Shown piece after piece: positions 1-14,516 of a stretch of 64,000 nucleotides of DNA; position 1 is the stretch's first letter, and every line of letters starts with the position of its first letter. The position numbers and the translations under genes are program-made. The notes below the pieces were generated by a model. It saw only the letters and a program-made list of their open reading frames with translations, searched no databases and was not told the origin of the DNA. Location of the stretch: the NCBI GenBank assembly GCA_017499595.2, contig CM039007.1:1426001-1490000 (forward strand), read 5' to 3'. Source of the stretch: Psilocybe cubensis (Eukaryota).

Positions 1-3000
1 CATATATCATGACAGTTGACGCTTCTAGACTATTTCGAAAGTAATCATAGAAACGACAACCGTTGAAGAATTGGTGAAGAATCCAAGGGTGCTCACATCT
101 TTTACTTCCACTGACACATAGCTAGCACCAGTACATTGGCCCTTCGACACAAATCCGCATCTTTGGTGAACATCCGTGAGCATTTTTTGAATGTACACGG
201 AGGCAGATACCAGGCCTTGCATGATGCAGCATGAGCAAATTTGAAAAAAGGAAAAAAAGAAGCTTCGTCAAGAAAGAAGATAGGGGAGAAATTCCATAAA
301 AAATCAGAACACGACCGGCGGGGCTACCCACGAAACGCCGTATATACTACACGAGGTAGATAGTTATGCAAACGGCTGAAAAGCAAAGGGACACTGGTCA
401 CGTATGTGTGAAGCTCATGCGTATTTTGCATAAGGCGAAAAGGGTCGCGGCAGACTTGCCAGACGATCAAGGGCCCTCACCTTCAATTTGCCGAGCGGAG
501 TGTATTCGTGTTTAACCCTATGCCCCAACATCCAACTTCGCCCACAAGGCTTAAATTTTTAGCTTCGAAGGAGCCATGCTCGAACCCCACCCTGCACAAC
601 GACTTGATGATTATTACGGGTTTCCATGAATAACCACTGAATCGAATAGGTGAATTTTTGGTGGACGGACATGCTGGCATCCAAATTAACGACGGATCTT
701 TCCACTAGCAACTCCACGAATAAAGAAAGTCGCGCAGGTGCTTGCAGAGAGATTGTTGTATGCTGTACAGCAGCATGCTATCTCTGCCCGTGCGCGTCGT
801 ACGAGGAGAAGCAAAGCCGGTGCATTCTAAACGCAAATCCAATCATTAGTGCACTTCCCTGACACAACGAGAATCTGATGCGCAGAATGGAACCTCTGAA
901 GAACTTGTGAAAAAAAGAGAGGGTGGTGTTCGAATTTGTCCTTGCCATCGGATCAGCGGAGCGGCAAAATCGTTTCTCTGCTCGAAAAAAAAATTCGACG
1001 TGGTGATTCCAGGGTGCGGTGATTCGTGAACAGGTTGCTGGGAGGGAGCACGCTTGCACAGTGCTGCACATTGACACGACGCACGTCTACGCAGTCTGTC
1101 CACGCAGAAATGATGGAGTGGAATCGTGGAACACAATAATAAGCCTGTGCGAATTCGCGAAGGCACGGCACAGAAATGGAATCGTATCACCGTACCGTAA
1201 CCGCATTTATTGCGATGCAGACAATTGGTGTCCACGTTGTGACTTTGGTGAAGATGGTAGTAGGACACGTCGTCGTCGTGAACAACCATGGATCATCCGA
1301 GGTAGAGATATCCCACTGTTAATTTAGTCAGTAATGATCCTTACTTGTTCTTTATCTTCGAGGTCGCTCCGGGTGACTATATCACAGCCAAAAAAAACAT
1401 AGGAGTGCATATCAGTACCCGTAATACATCAAAAAATAGGAATTGCACCCACAACACAGAGACTTCACACAAGTCCAGAAGTCAAAAAAAAAAATAATCT
1501 CCTATTTGAAATCGAATCGAATCACAGACGTACAAAAAAACTCGTACACCTGCAACGCAACTCGGACCAAAAAAAAAAGAGAATTTAAATAAACACAAAG
1601 CGCACTATGTTGATTGATAAGTAAATAACTATAACACGAACTACGCGTAATATACACAGGTGTTGGGGCAGAGAGGCTCGGTCGAGGAGAGGGGCTCGAT
1701 GCGATAAATGAGAAGAAAGAAAGAGGAGGAAAAAGGAAAATTTTAAATAGATAATCATTTCGTCGTTGGTTTGGATTGATTGAGGATAAGACAGGAGATG
1801 CTTTTTTCTTCTCTTTTGGGGACTCGGGAACGCGCAAGCCCTTCGCGATAGGGATAGGAGACTCGGTATACAGTAATGTTGAGAGGCGGAGAGAGAGAGG
1901 AAAAGAAAGAAGAGAAAAGAGGTATATGAAATGTGTATGTGCTACAGACGCAAATCAGACAAGTGATGATGATGACGATGATGCATGGTCGAGCCGAGGA
2001 AGATGAAAAAGAGGAGAAAAAAATGAAAAAGACAAGATAACCAAGAAAGGAACAGAGACAGGAAGAAAAGGGAATCGACCAAGCAGTTGAATGGTTAGTT
2101 AGGTCATGGTGTTAGAGTGTTGGAGGTGTAGAGGAGCAGTCGGAGTCAAGCATGAAGCACACAACGGAAGTGCCAGTGATTTCTCTCTTTGTTCGTTTTG
2201 ATTCTGCGTAAACGTAGAAACAAAAATGTACACCTAAATCGGTATGAAGAGAAAGCATCCACGCTGCAGGGACGACGACGGGCGACAACGACTGAAGACG
2301 ATCGTTGGTTGGTCAGGGTAGTCGTTCAAGGTAGTGGGTGGTGACATGTCGGCGAATGGATGGATAATCGCCCGAACACGCGATTGGGTTGCATGTATAG
2401 ATATAGTTGCAAAAAAAAGAGGAAAGAAGCATAGCATGTCGATGATGATGATGGAAGTCGTAAAAGATGAAGTGATTGCTGAGACGGACAATATGGAAAA
2501 ATGCGAGAATTGCTGTATGCTGGGGACCATGAGATGCTGGATAGGGGTGACAAAAAAATGAAAAGGAGGAAAAGAGAAGTTTGGAGCTCGAAAGCAATGC
2601 GATGATAAAAGAAAAAAAAATTTAGGAGTGAGGAAGTAAAAAAAAAGTTGGAATCTAAGTTAGAGATCCAGATGAGGACGATGACGAGGGGAACATTGAA
2701 CAATTGCGACAGGAAAAGGGGTCGTGGTCGTGGAACGGTCGTAGGCGGAAACGAAGATGGGAATTGCGGACGGACGGAGGAAAGAAATATATGCGACAGA
2801 GAACGAGAACCATGCAATGTAATGTGTTTGGAATCAGTCCATGATGGAGAGAGAAAAAGATGGAGAGATGGAGAGAAAGTCCGCTGGGAATGTAAAAGCA
2901 AAAAAGCAACAAAACGATGACACACATGCCCCCAAAAAGAAGATCCACGAATGAAAACAAGACAGCGGAGACGACGATACTGGGCTTCATGCGCTACTCC

Positions 3001-3099
3001 GAACAGCCCAGCTGCCCAAAGACAGCAAGCACACGCAGCGGTCGCTTAACAACAGAGCGGACAAGAAAAGAGAACATCGGCAAATATCACCCGAGCACC

Positions 3100-6000
3100 T
3101 CACTGGAAATACGACTCAAACATCCCAGAGCCGATTCCACTGGAGCTGCTCGCGCTGCTCTCCGGACTGCCCTTGTTTGACTCCTCCGACAGCGCCATCG
3201 GCGGGTGCAAGTACGTAGAGAAAAGGCTCTCCTCATCCTGCAGAGCCATCGGTGGATGGTGCAAGTAATCCATAGGTGAATCCTCATCGGCCGCACCACT
3301 GCTGCTGCTGACACTGCTGCTGCTGCTGCTGGTGCTATTACTTCCGCTCGCACTGCTCGCGCTCCCGCTGGCATTCGCTCCTGCGGAGGACGACGCCGAC
3401 GTGCTGCTGCTGCTGCTATTCGCCTCGCTGCTTGTACCGGAGTTGAACAGGCCCGGCTCGTTGTCGGTGTTGCTCTGAGGCATCATGGGCGGGTGCCAGA
3501 ACGTGTTGCCCGAGCCACGAAGTGCAGGACCCTGGTTAATCGTCCCGTTGCTGTTATACGTGCTGAACGGGAACTCCATCGACGCCCGCTTCGAGTGAGA
3601 CGTAGATGCGGATGACGTCGAGCTGAAGCTGTCGCCGCTGTACGAGCCAAACGAAACAGCGGACGAGGGTGGCTCGGACGTTGAATCCGTGCTCATGCGG
3701 CGACGCTTCGTCGAGCGCGGGCTGAGAGTAAGTTCAGCGTCAGCGGGAGAATCATTGTTGTGGAAGGGCAATGCGTCGGAGGCGATGTTGCCGTAGAGTG
3801 TCATGAGGTAATCGGGATGGTAGGGACCAGGGTATGCGAGCTGGAAGGGGTTCGGGCCACCGTAGTTAGGCGCTTGTGCGCTGTCAGTACTGCCGCCCAA
3901 GGCGCCAAGAAGCTCGGATGACGATGTGGTGTTACGGTACTCGCCGTCGTCCGTGTATTCATACGTCATCTGTGTGGTCGAGTCCGGGGCCAGAGTGGGT
4001 GATCCATCTCGAACTGGAGACGTGCGGCGGCTGACGCCAGGGCTCGCAGAGGGTGTATCTTCAGTGCCATTACCGGACCGTCGAGCATCATGTCTAGAGC
4101 GTTTACGGATGACATCGGACTTCATGGAGATAGGCCGCGCTGAACCGTGCAACTTGTAGTACAACCCACAACTGTTCATGAGAAAGAATTTTGTTTTTAG
4201 CAAAAGGGGATAGGAGATAATCGCAAAGATAATATCAAAATAAAAACGTACGCATTGCAGACCGTCTTGCCCTCGTCGTCTTTTCTCCAGAGAGGAGTCG
4301 CCGTTGTATGGCAGTTGTAGCATTGAGCTGCCACTGAGGGCCGAACTTGATTTTCAATAAAGCGCGGCACTTTCGGCAGTGGACAGCAGAACTTACCCAT
4401 GACATCTACTGCTTCCTGACGAGGCGTGGCCGAAGCTCTACTCTCTCCATGAGAATTGCGCATGCTCTTGGGGCGAGGTCGCTTGTGCTGTGAAAAGAAC
4501 CAGAAAAAATACACACAAAACATATAATTAGCACGAGAAAAAATTGCGACAACGCTAAGACAAAGAAGAAGAGAAGGAAAAAAAAAGAAAAGATCACGAA
4601 CCAGCTTGCAGTAGAGACCACATGCGTTGCAGTTCAGCTCATCGTTGAGTCCCCTTCTCCATAGAGGAGTATGTGTGGCACCGCAGTTTGAGCATTCGGC
4701 CTTGAGGCCGCCGGGTGCAGAGTTACCCAAAGTCGATCCAGGGCCGCCTCGCAGCAGTGCAGGGTTCAGGCTGGTGGCAGTCGCCCCGGGGTTGGCAGAC
4801 CGAGTGACCGTTTGCGTGCGCAAAGTGAGAGTTGGCCTTCCGGTGGGCGTGCTCGAGCGCGTGCCGTAGATAGAATTAATGCGTGAAGGAGAAACAGTTT
4901 CTGGCAAGATATCCTTGACCGTCTGAGAGACGGGAGGAAGATGTCTGAACGCAGAGAGCTTGCGCGCAGTGCTGGGCGCTGGGGAGAGTTGATCAATGTC
5001 TTCATCTTCGCTGACGGCGGCGGCAGCAACAAGTTCTTCTTCTGTCGGAATATTGAACGTCCTCATGGGTACCTTGGTGAGATACGAGAGGGTGGAGAGC
5101 GAAGGAACTGTAGGTGCGCTGGTAGTAACGGGAACAGGGCTGGTGGCCACTGGGGCGGAAGTCGAAGGCGCGGAAGATGTGACAGGGGCGTTATAGGTGC
5201 CCATGACGACGTCCTGTTGAGGACCTGCGTTGGTGGATTGGGCAGGAGCAGGAGCGTCGACTTTTTCAGCCGCACCATCTGTGTGGGCGGCAGGCGCAGA
5301 CTTGTTTTCTGCGGTGGTGGAAGAAATGGCTTCGGCAATCTGGGAAGACCAGTCAGAAACAGTGTGAGTGGCGTCACCATCGTGGTTGCTTTCGTTGGAG
5401 GAATCGTCATTAAATAGAAGATCATCGAGAGCTAGCTCGATGGTAGGACGGGAGATACTGAACTGGTCGGTGTTTCCAGAGGGGTTGAACCCTTCGCCGT
5501 AATTCATGCGGTTCGTGACAGTAGGTGTGGCGTAAAGTAATGCAGATGGGCCAAAATTGTTGTTGAAAAGTCCAGGGAAGTGAAGAGAGGCAGTAGATGA
5601 GGATGCAGTCGTGTTGGTAGCAGTCGTGGTAGTAGTAGTCGTCGAAGTCGAAGTCGAAGTCGCGGGAGCTGTGGCGGTGGTGGCAGGGGCGTCACCATCG
5701 GCCATGACAGTGTCCTCCTGAGTGACCTTGGGAGCTCGTGCTCGCTTGGAGAACTCGGAAGAAGGCTTGGTGTCTGGCTTCTTCACAGGCGCCGTTGAGA
5801 GCGACTGGGCTGGCTGATCGACGCTGAAAGTGAACTGCATGCGCTTAATTGTGCCAGGTTGGGCGTTCTGGCTGGCTTCGCGGCTGCGCTCCTTTTCGAC
5901 TGCGCGCTGCCTGATCATGTCGGTGGAGTGGTTGCGTTTGAAGTCGGGGGCCTCCAGCTCCTCTATGCTCCTGTAGAGACGCCGAAAAAACGTTAGGGTC

Positions 6001-6456
6001 AAGGGTTATTTGATATAGGGCGCTTAGCGACGTACCGCCCCTTCTCCTTGTCGAGCTTGTCGCCCATGCACTTACTGAGCTTCTTGAACTCACGCTTTGA
6101 TCTTGCATTGTCGGTGTCGACCATGAGGTTCTGGAGATGCCATAGCCTCCAGCTCAAGTTCTCGAGTCTTTGGCCCTGTTCGAGGTAACTGGCGACCTTG
6201 GTACAGACCTGAGAGGAATGAGACGGCGAGAATAGAAGATCGGGGTTCAGAAGACAGACCTTCCATGTCTTGGTCAGAGATTCTGTGTCATTGAGGTTGC
6301 TGAACGCGACAAAAGACTTGTTTCCCTAAAGAGAGCAACGGGAGCAAAAAGAAAGGGAAAAAAAAAGGGAAAAAAAATGAGTGAACACGATCAAAGAAAA
6401 AGATCGGTTGCACAAAGGCGACCAACTTTGAACTTGAGATTGAGGATAGAGGGCAT
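3100..6456 (-). CDS. GATA transcription factor with N-terminal DUF1752-like (AreA N-terminal) domain and two C-X2-C-X17-C-X2-C zinc fingers; about 7 exons
   Basis: Exon 1 (6456-6427) reads MPSILNLKFK and splices to GNKSFVAFSNLNDTESLTKTWK..RLENLSWRLWHL. Fingers are CSNCGATHTPLWRRGLNDELNCNAC and [25 protein letters not shown], joined across GT-AG introns. Ser-rich C-terminus lies in ORF 3100..4323. Confidence 0.9.
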
Positions 6457-9400
6457 TAGCAGCAAAGACTGGGCGGCAGAGAGAGAAAGGGGAACGGGGA
6501 TGGCGAGGGAGAGCGAGATGGGTTATAGGCAGACGGTGCTCAGCTGAACCAAACTCGGCTTTGATGCACGTTGCAAATACCCATTTATTCCAAATTGTAG
6601 AAAACAAGTTATCTCGAGCCGAATGCCGATCCACAGTCTGAACCGGTTCGTTTTCCCCGATCTTCTTCCGTCTCGTTCATTAACACAGAAAACATATCGC
6701 AGAGCAGTAATAATGCCCACTGCCCTGCCTCTATCACGCGACCCTCCCTCCCACATTCCCTTGCCTCGAGGCTGCCATCGCTGATACCGCGCCCGGCTAT
6801 CATCTCTTGCGCGCCTCCAATATCATATCCTTATTCTTCAGCGCACGCTATTCCAATTTAACCCGCCTTATATCACTAATAACCAACTTTATTCTACACC
6901 ATGAGCACATAATTATCTTTACGCTCATCCTGCGTCCCAAGGCCCACCAACGCCCCGGACACGGACCCTCGAGCGCTTCCAAGCTCTCTGTCCTCCGAGT
7001 CCCGAGTCTGTCTCAGGGCCCTCCCACTTCTCTATTCTGAGCAGGCACCATAATACGTACACTGGCTATTCTAAGACTACCGTTTTCATTTGCGAGGATT
7101 CATCGCGATTTCCACAACGCACCAGCCTCGAGGTGATAACATTGAATCTTGACACTGACATAGATACGAGAATTAACATATCAACCAACGAACGTTGGCT
7201 TCCTCCTCGATGCATCACAGTACATGTACCCCTACTAGTAGCAATACGTTGCTAATCGAATCTATACAAAGACCGTATCTATGGGTGAAACCGCGATCAA
7301 CTAAAAAAAACATACACGCATACACCTGCTCGAGCGATACCTCGCGAGAGAGAGGCATCATAAGAAGTCATGACAGCCACGAAACGCAACGAAAAATCTG
7401 CCCCAAGCACGACAGATCCGCGGGCTGCATCTGACCGCCGGGCAATGTTGGCACACAAACGTAAAACATACAAGGACCCTTTCCATTGTATCGAAACAAG
7501 AAATGAACAATCCACCGCCGACTCCCACTCACGAATCGAGTCAAAAAGCACGACAGATGCATATTAACTAAACAGCTCCCGTACCGTGCAGCAAGCGAGA
7601 GAAGATACAAGGGAGAATTAAAGGGAAGGGGAAGAGGGTCCACCATCTGAAGAGTCCTATAGAACACTCCTTGGATACAAATACATACCAGTGTTAAGAG
7701 ATCAGACACAAGACCGGACACTGCGGGTACGAGCGAAAGGTAAAAAAGAAAAAAGAAAGAACAGAAGCGACAATAAAGCCAACCCAAACCATGGTACCAT
7801 TAGTCCATCCAACCGCCACAGAATACCCCATCCCCAACATAGCCACTGAAACCATAAATTATAATACCATACCCCACCGAATGGAAAACTGGCAACCCAC
7901 AGCATAGAAGTCCGGGCCACTTGATCGATAACGGCTTTGCCAACTTCCCATTTTGCTAATTGGCCACTCTGGAGACTTGCGAGTTTTGTGTGTTTGCTTC
8001 CCACACAACTCGACCTACCGCATCTATCCTTCGATGTCCATCGATAAGCTGTCACGTCTAAAATAAGCCATATCTCCCAAAGAATTCTGAGAGAGACTCG
8101 TCATGAGTCATACTCTCTCGAGCCGAGAAATCGAACCGCCCGAGAGGAACCGAACCAGGCACCACGTCCCTCATGTCGTGATCAATAATCAAGAATGGGC
8201 ATTGAGCCGTTCCCGCGAAGATCCAATGCACACTTGATAGCCTCGAATGCTTTGGGGAGTCGAGCCGGGCCATGTTCGCCACAAGCGCATGATGTGAATG
8301 ATGTCATGGACAGGGGTTAATCCATCCCAGAAAAGGCTCTTCAAATTGCACCAAACCCCAAGCGCAAAAGGACTGGTGGGGAGAGGACGCGCCCGAGCAG
8401 GATGGCCGATGAAGAAGCAAGAGTGTGTTAATCATCACTATGCAGGATGCGGGGTAAGCTTAAGCCACCGTCCACCACGAGCATCAGAGCATAATAGACA
8501 GCCCACAGTCCTCTCTGAGATGAGAAAAAACAGGTGATCCACCATATAGGTAGCCGCTGTCTCCTTATGTCCGAGTTTCCCGAACGGGAAATTGTGAATA
8601 GCCAAGTTCGCGCTTAAGCCACGAGCCAAGCCCCATAACGTGCGCCATAGAGATCATGCAACTGGTCTTTTGCTGACGGCAGCCAATTACCGACAGCCCA
8701 GGCGGGACGCGCAGGGCGCAGGGCGTAGCTGCCCGTACCAGGTTTCATAACCTAGAATGAATTCGGCCCCAGAGGCATTTGCAAATCGGGCCGTGCTTGA
8801 CGAAAAAAAGACAAAAACCATCAAACTCGAAGTGCAATAAATCCATCACGCCAGCCAAGCCAAGAGAGAGAACACCAATGGCATGCGCGTTTCTGTCAGC
8901 AGTTTGGATTTGCGGTGTGCCAGAGACATCAGAAATGGGATATTGTGGGGTTTGTGATTCTAGAGGGCTAGGCTGGTGTAAGCATTCGGGAAGGGCGTGC
9001 CGATGTGTCCCACCGGGTTCATTGTCTTCACATCATGATGGCTTGATGGAAACCAGGAAGAATAGCAAAGCAAATGGATCGTCACTAGTCTGCTTCTTTC
9101 TTTATTTTCCCTTCTGAGCCCTCATCACTAAAGGAGAAGCAAAGCCAAGTGACAGAAGCCCGCAATCGCGACATGATTGCGAGGAGGAACAGCGAGATAA
9201 AAACAGCCTTGCTCACGTTTGTCGTGGAACAGATTATCCGATACCAGTCGCACAAAGCAAAGGAATGCCACCCCCGGAGTATCTTTATCGAAACACGGAA
9301 TGCTATCGCGACCCGGATGTCACTGTCGAGTGCTAGTGTCGTGTCGCTTTCGGGATATGCCATTGAGAATATCATTATCCATAGCCTGAGGCGATAGCTA

Positions 9401-12326
9401 TGGAAATGCGCGAGAAACCAACGGGAGGGGAGAGACTTCTGCTGTTCGCGGATCTTCCTTCGAATGCCTCGTGCGGCGATAACATACTAGTGGTTAAGTG
9501 ATAATGTTAGACATGCTTATCGAGCCAGTCAACATCGTAGGCGTAGCGAATGAGCTAAAGTAAACGGCCGGAAGAGCATGATGTTTCCAATAAACAAAAA
9601 GGGTTAGAATGCACTACAGCACAAACGCAGGTTGAACAGCTTACCCGGTCGTTGACATTGATCACATTCACAATGATTGCATTGGCTATCACAGACGTGA
9701 GCTGGCTCCGCATAGAGCGTTCCACCTTACTCGGAGAGCGTTAGAGGGCACGACGAATGGCACTCGGAATCGGATTCGGAATCGGAGAAAAGGATGCAGA
9801 TTAATCATACAGACGTCTCATCCGAGACCTACGAAAGACCACGAACACGCTGTCGCTTTAAGTTTTAGAGTTACATGAATCTGCGAAAAGATGGGATGAG
9901 GTCAACGAGGACCTCAGCAGGTCAATTGTCAATACAGACGGAAGTGCAAGACTGGTGTGCAGCAGCCTCATGTCGTACGTCTCTTCTGTGAAATCACATA
10001 GCAGGGAGCTTTATACGCGCAGGACGCTTTGGAAGCGCTACCGAATCTACTTTTCTGGTATCCGCTTTTGTATGGGTCTCTTGTTGGACATCATGTTGGA
10101 ATTATGGGTTGTTTCATCGTGGAGGGGTGCGAGTTGTGCTTGCAACGTGTTGTGGTGGAGGAGAAGTAGGAAAGGGGAGAAGACAGCCTCTTGCGTGTTT
10201 TGAAGGAGAACATCCACCCCCGTCGGGCTAACGCGATATCGCGTTTGATCTACTATCATATCGATGGATGGATGGATTGGACACAGCGGAAGAGACGAAA
10301 AAACCATTCTTGTTCTCACTCTGACCAACTCCGCTGGATACGTCGAGATCTGTTTGATGGCGAGATTATCGTAGTCAATCGCCCAAATTTATGAAACGGG
10401 AGCGATCGAGGATCGGAAGCACTTGCACAGTTTACGTTTTTTCGCTCAAGCGCGGGGAAACTTCAATGAGCTCGGATCGAGAGCGTTCGTCAAATCGAAG
10501 TTGATCAATGTTTACATTGCGGGTTGTGGGTTTAGGGACTATCATAAGTCCAGAATCTGTTCCTTGATAAAAAAGGCTCAGTTAGAAAATCAATTGAGCA
10601 AACAAAAATGACCTAAAACCAACTAACATCTTTAAAATGTCGTAAGTCCTGACACAAAGGAGGACAGTCCAAAGTTCGTATTGTTCTATATATACCCGAG
10701 TGAGGTTGATACGGAGAACCAGGCAAAATAGAAAAGGGACTCACACTACGTGGACATTGCACTTTTCCGGTTTCGGCCTTGCTTCCGTAGAACTTATATA
10801 GAATCACATCCTAAGAGCGACGTATGACCATGGCATCAGTGTAGTAGTGCAGTATTCCTAATAGCGTATGGACTGACACAGATGATAAGTCTCTCCTAAG
10901 GGATGAACGTTCCATGTTTTGTTGAGCTCACGTTGCAAGTCCAATATGAGTCAAGTTTGAAGATGTTATGGGGGATTGATGTTCGACTCAAGTTCTAGGC
11001 TTGGTGCTCGCAATATCCACCATTAGTGTAGTTGATTAGAGGACGAAAAAGGTTTGAGGATAAAGCACGGATTTGACATCGATGAAATCGAGATGAAGTT
11101 GGAAGTAGCGGTGATGAATTGATTGCCGGTACACGCATCACTTACCTGAACGCGTAGAGTCACATAATCACGTGAGCGCTCTCTACGTCAGGGGCAGTCA
11201 GGCACCAGGCAAGGCTTTCTCACCGCCGATTCAGGCACTGTTTAAAACAAAGTAATAGAAATTTGAGTGTTATACATAACTTCCACCCTTCTGCTTGTTT
11301 TTATTCCTAATGTGCAAGTTTACCAGCACTCTCTAAATTAGTCATTATCCTCGCAAAATTTGCGCAAATATTCTATGATTTCCGAACATCTTGAGATGGT
11401 GTAGAAAGCGTTTGTAAGACCGGGAGCAGCATTAGGCAGTAATGCAGACCAGTGAAACAGACATGATCATATTTCCTGGTGTGTTGGCAGCAAGGTGGGA
11501 CTTGCTTGACTCTGCCATACATATTCCAGCAGTTTGTTTTAGACGCAACGATACACCGTTGGCTCACAGATTGGGCAGAGGAGCAACTCTATTTGTAGAC
11601 ATGCTATGGTTGCAGAAATCAAGGCGGTATATATTCAAAACCTAATGGTTTATGGTCTGCCAGAAGCGCATCGAGACCCTGTGACTCTACCTGAATTTGA
11701 TACTTGCAGATTCTCCGAGATCACCACACAGAACTGAGGATATAAGTTCAATAACATCACAAAAGTATCTTCCCAACTAACTGCGGCTGGCTGCGGTGGA
11801 AGCTTACTTGTTCACTTGGACATACACTAGAGTGGATTCTGTGCGCAGCAATCTTGATGCCGGAGGACATGCCTCAGTTGTTAATGCCACCTCCAACAGA
11901 TGCAAAAATTGATGTCCACCGGCTGGTTTCATTTCATAATTTACTAGAGAGTTGAGGTCAAGTAACGAGTAGTGCCATACCCTTGAAATGCTAACAATGT
12001 CATTTAATGCTTGGTATACATGTACAATTGACAATAATCAGGACTGCCAGGTTGTTGTTCAGTGTGCGAAAATCATTAGAAGCATGTCAAAATATGAATC
12101 TCCCAATGGGCTCTAGAGGCCGCGTGATAGTCGCCCCATGCTGTAATAGAATTGTGACAGCATTGATTGGCGATTTTTTCATATTGTATATAAGACGAAA
12201 TTGGCGGCTCAGTCGACGATTCAAACTATACATATCAACACCCCATCTCTGCCCGCGTTATTTGTGAGTATCTGAATTGATTGACATATTCATACTTTCT
12301 AACTATTTGATAAAAGCAAGTTCCCA

Positions 12327-12800
12327 ATGATCGCAGACCGTGTAATCTCCGACAGTCAATCTCCACAACCTTCCTTACCAAACTATTCGTTGCATAATCT
12401 CGAGCAACCCTTGGCCAATGTAACGAGTGACAAAGGAGCCATTTACGCTGATGTCGTCGACCGACAAACACTGGAGACGAGTGAAAGCTTGAATTTGCAA
12501 CAGAGTCCCCCACCTTCCAAAGAATCAAGACGCCAGAAGAGAAAAATCAAACAGGCAAACAAATTGGCGTTCCCTGGAGCAGACGACGATGAAACGCCGC
12601 TCAGGCAAATTGGCCGAGGATTGCTAACCATCGTCGTGACACCGATTGCTTTTGCTGGGATGGGTATCTACGCCATTGGCTTGATTATTGAAGGTACTGG
12701 GACTACATTGAAGGGAATTGGCTCCATTGGGCGACGCGCGTATGCTTTGCCACGTCGTAAAAGACAGTCGAAATCGGAGTCTGATGAGAGCTCTAGTTAA
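12327..12800 (+). CDS. Small hypothetical protein with a hydrophobic Gly-rich segment (157 aa)
   Basis: ATG-started intronless ORF with the hydrophobic stretch LLTIVVTPIAFAGMGIYAIGLII; AT-rich flanks. Confidence 0.6.
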   Translation: MIADRVISDSQSPQPSLPNYSLHNLEQPLANVTSDKGAIYADVVDRQTLETSESLNLQQSPPPSKESRRQKRKIKQANKLAFPGADDDETPLRQIGRGLLTIVVTPIAFAGMGIYAIGLIIEGTGTTLKGIGSIGRRAYALPRRKRQSKSESDESSS

Positions 12801-13044
12801 TAGTAATTATGTATTAGCCATTCGCATAGACATCTGATTCATGCATCTCTTTAGCGCAATAAATGGCGTACACCTCTAATTCTCGCAAACATGTTATAAC
12901 AATCACTTTTTGAGCTTTGTCATTTACTAATTGAAACCCGGTCTACCCGAATGGGCGCTTAGAACTAAAAATATAACACTAATCTTATCTTATCTAGACA
13001 TATTCTATGTCACATTGCGTGACACAATTGCTGACACGGAGATT

Positions 13045-14273
13045 CTAGTCGTCCGACAACTTGAAACCTTCTGCCAACCACTGAAGTATCTTTGGAGTCA
13101 GTTCTGATAGCTTCTTCTCGCCGACCAGAAAGTCATAAAATGGATCATCATGAACACCATATTCATCGATGACTAATTGCGCCCCGGAATGCTCCTTGCA
13201 AAATGCTTCACCAAACTCTACAATGTCGTCTCGAATGCACTCTTTTCCTCCACCCGTTATCAGCACTCTATCGACAATGCTTTCAGCATTTGAATACCAC
13301 CCAGGAGGTGCAGAGGCTGCGTCGATATAAGGCAGAATTGCATCGTCTGACAGGCCGGCCAGCACCCTGTCTCCGAATTCTGTAAATTTGGAAGTTGGAG
13401 CGATCACGTCCCATTTTTCATTCTCGCTGTACGATTTGACGCCTTTTCGCACTCGGAGATACAGCCACGGAGACATGAGGTACGCTCCGCAGAACTTTGT
13501 TTCTGCGGGCACACTGGGTACGTCTTCCAATGGGTGAAGCATGTGAAGGATCAACTGTAGCACCAAGTTGGCACCAGCTGAATCTCCTGCGATTTGGATA
13601 TTTCCCGCTAGGACTCCATTGGATAAAAGATGATGTATAGCGGCTACTGTCTGTTTGAGAGGTGTTGGAAACTCGGCTTCGGGTATTAAAGCTGTTTAAT
13701 GTGAAGGAAAGGTTAGATCAAACTCACGACGTAATCCGATAAACATACTATAATCCAGGATTGCTATGCTGGCATCGATTCCTTTCTGGTGGAGCAGTGC
13801 ATCTCGAATGTATCGCCAAAATTTAACCGAATAATCAGCCATCGGTAGCCAAAATCCTCCTCCATGAAGATATAAGATTACTCTTTTAGGGTGTTTGCTG
13901 CCTATCCATAATAATCGTGCTTGCTCTGCCTCACTTCCAATTGTTTCGATGATCGGATGTTCGGAATTCCGTTTACACCACTTTTCGTACGACTGGGTTG
14001 ACGGTCCAATAATTCTAGCAAGCATGGGAATGGGCAATGTGTACACGGACCACCGAAACGCGTTATCACCAACGAGGCGCTTCCATGTCTTCTTCCTTTG
14101 ACAGGCCACAAAGCGTGATATCGTTAAACGCCAGGACAGAAAAATGGCTATGTATCTCTATCAGTCTGGATCAGCGGAACAACTTTGGGAGGATGAAACT
14201 GACGTAGTATAAGTACAAAGAAGAGTAAGTTTGTCGTATCCTTCAAAAGATCCCAAATAGCCTTGACGCCCAT
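13045..14273 (-). CDS. Alpha/beta-hydrolase (HSL/Say1-like esterase), copy A
   Basis: LYLHGGGF oxyanion motif, GDSAG nucleophile (about 13570-13590) and C-terminal GVHDDP. ATG at 14273; introns near 14155-14205 and 13690-13750. Confidence 0.85.
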
Positions 14274-14516
14274 CTTCTTATACAAGGGTAATACGTGGTG
14301 GTTGAGGCCTTCGGGCAGTTATTTCATCTAAACTAGATGCCTTCAAGCTTATATATCGAAGGTGTTGATAAGCTCCCGATTGAGATGCTTTAAATCGCTT
14401 TTAAGGTGCTTCGAAATCAAACAGCTTTTTGATACGATGCTAAATATCAGATTATGCTTCCCGTTTCGCTAGATTAAAAGATGTACAGAATAAAGTCACC
14501 CTCAACTCGAACATTC

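Noticed and set aside
1-3099. Many short ORFs, e.g. 2326..2925 and 846..1289
   Set aside because: They arise from A/G-rich low-complexity non-coding sequence and show no domain motifs or coherent exon chain.
9760-9790. TCGGA(A/T) short tandem repeat; similar GATCGG run near 43510 and (GAT)n near 1965 and 24833
   Set aside because: Ordinary microsatellites with no evidence of function.
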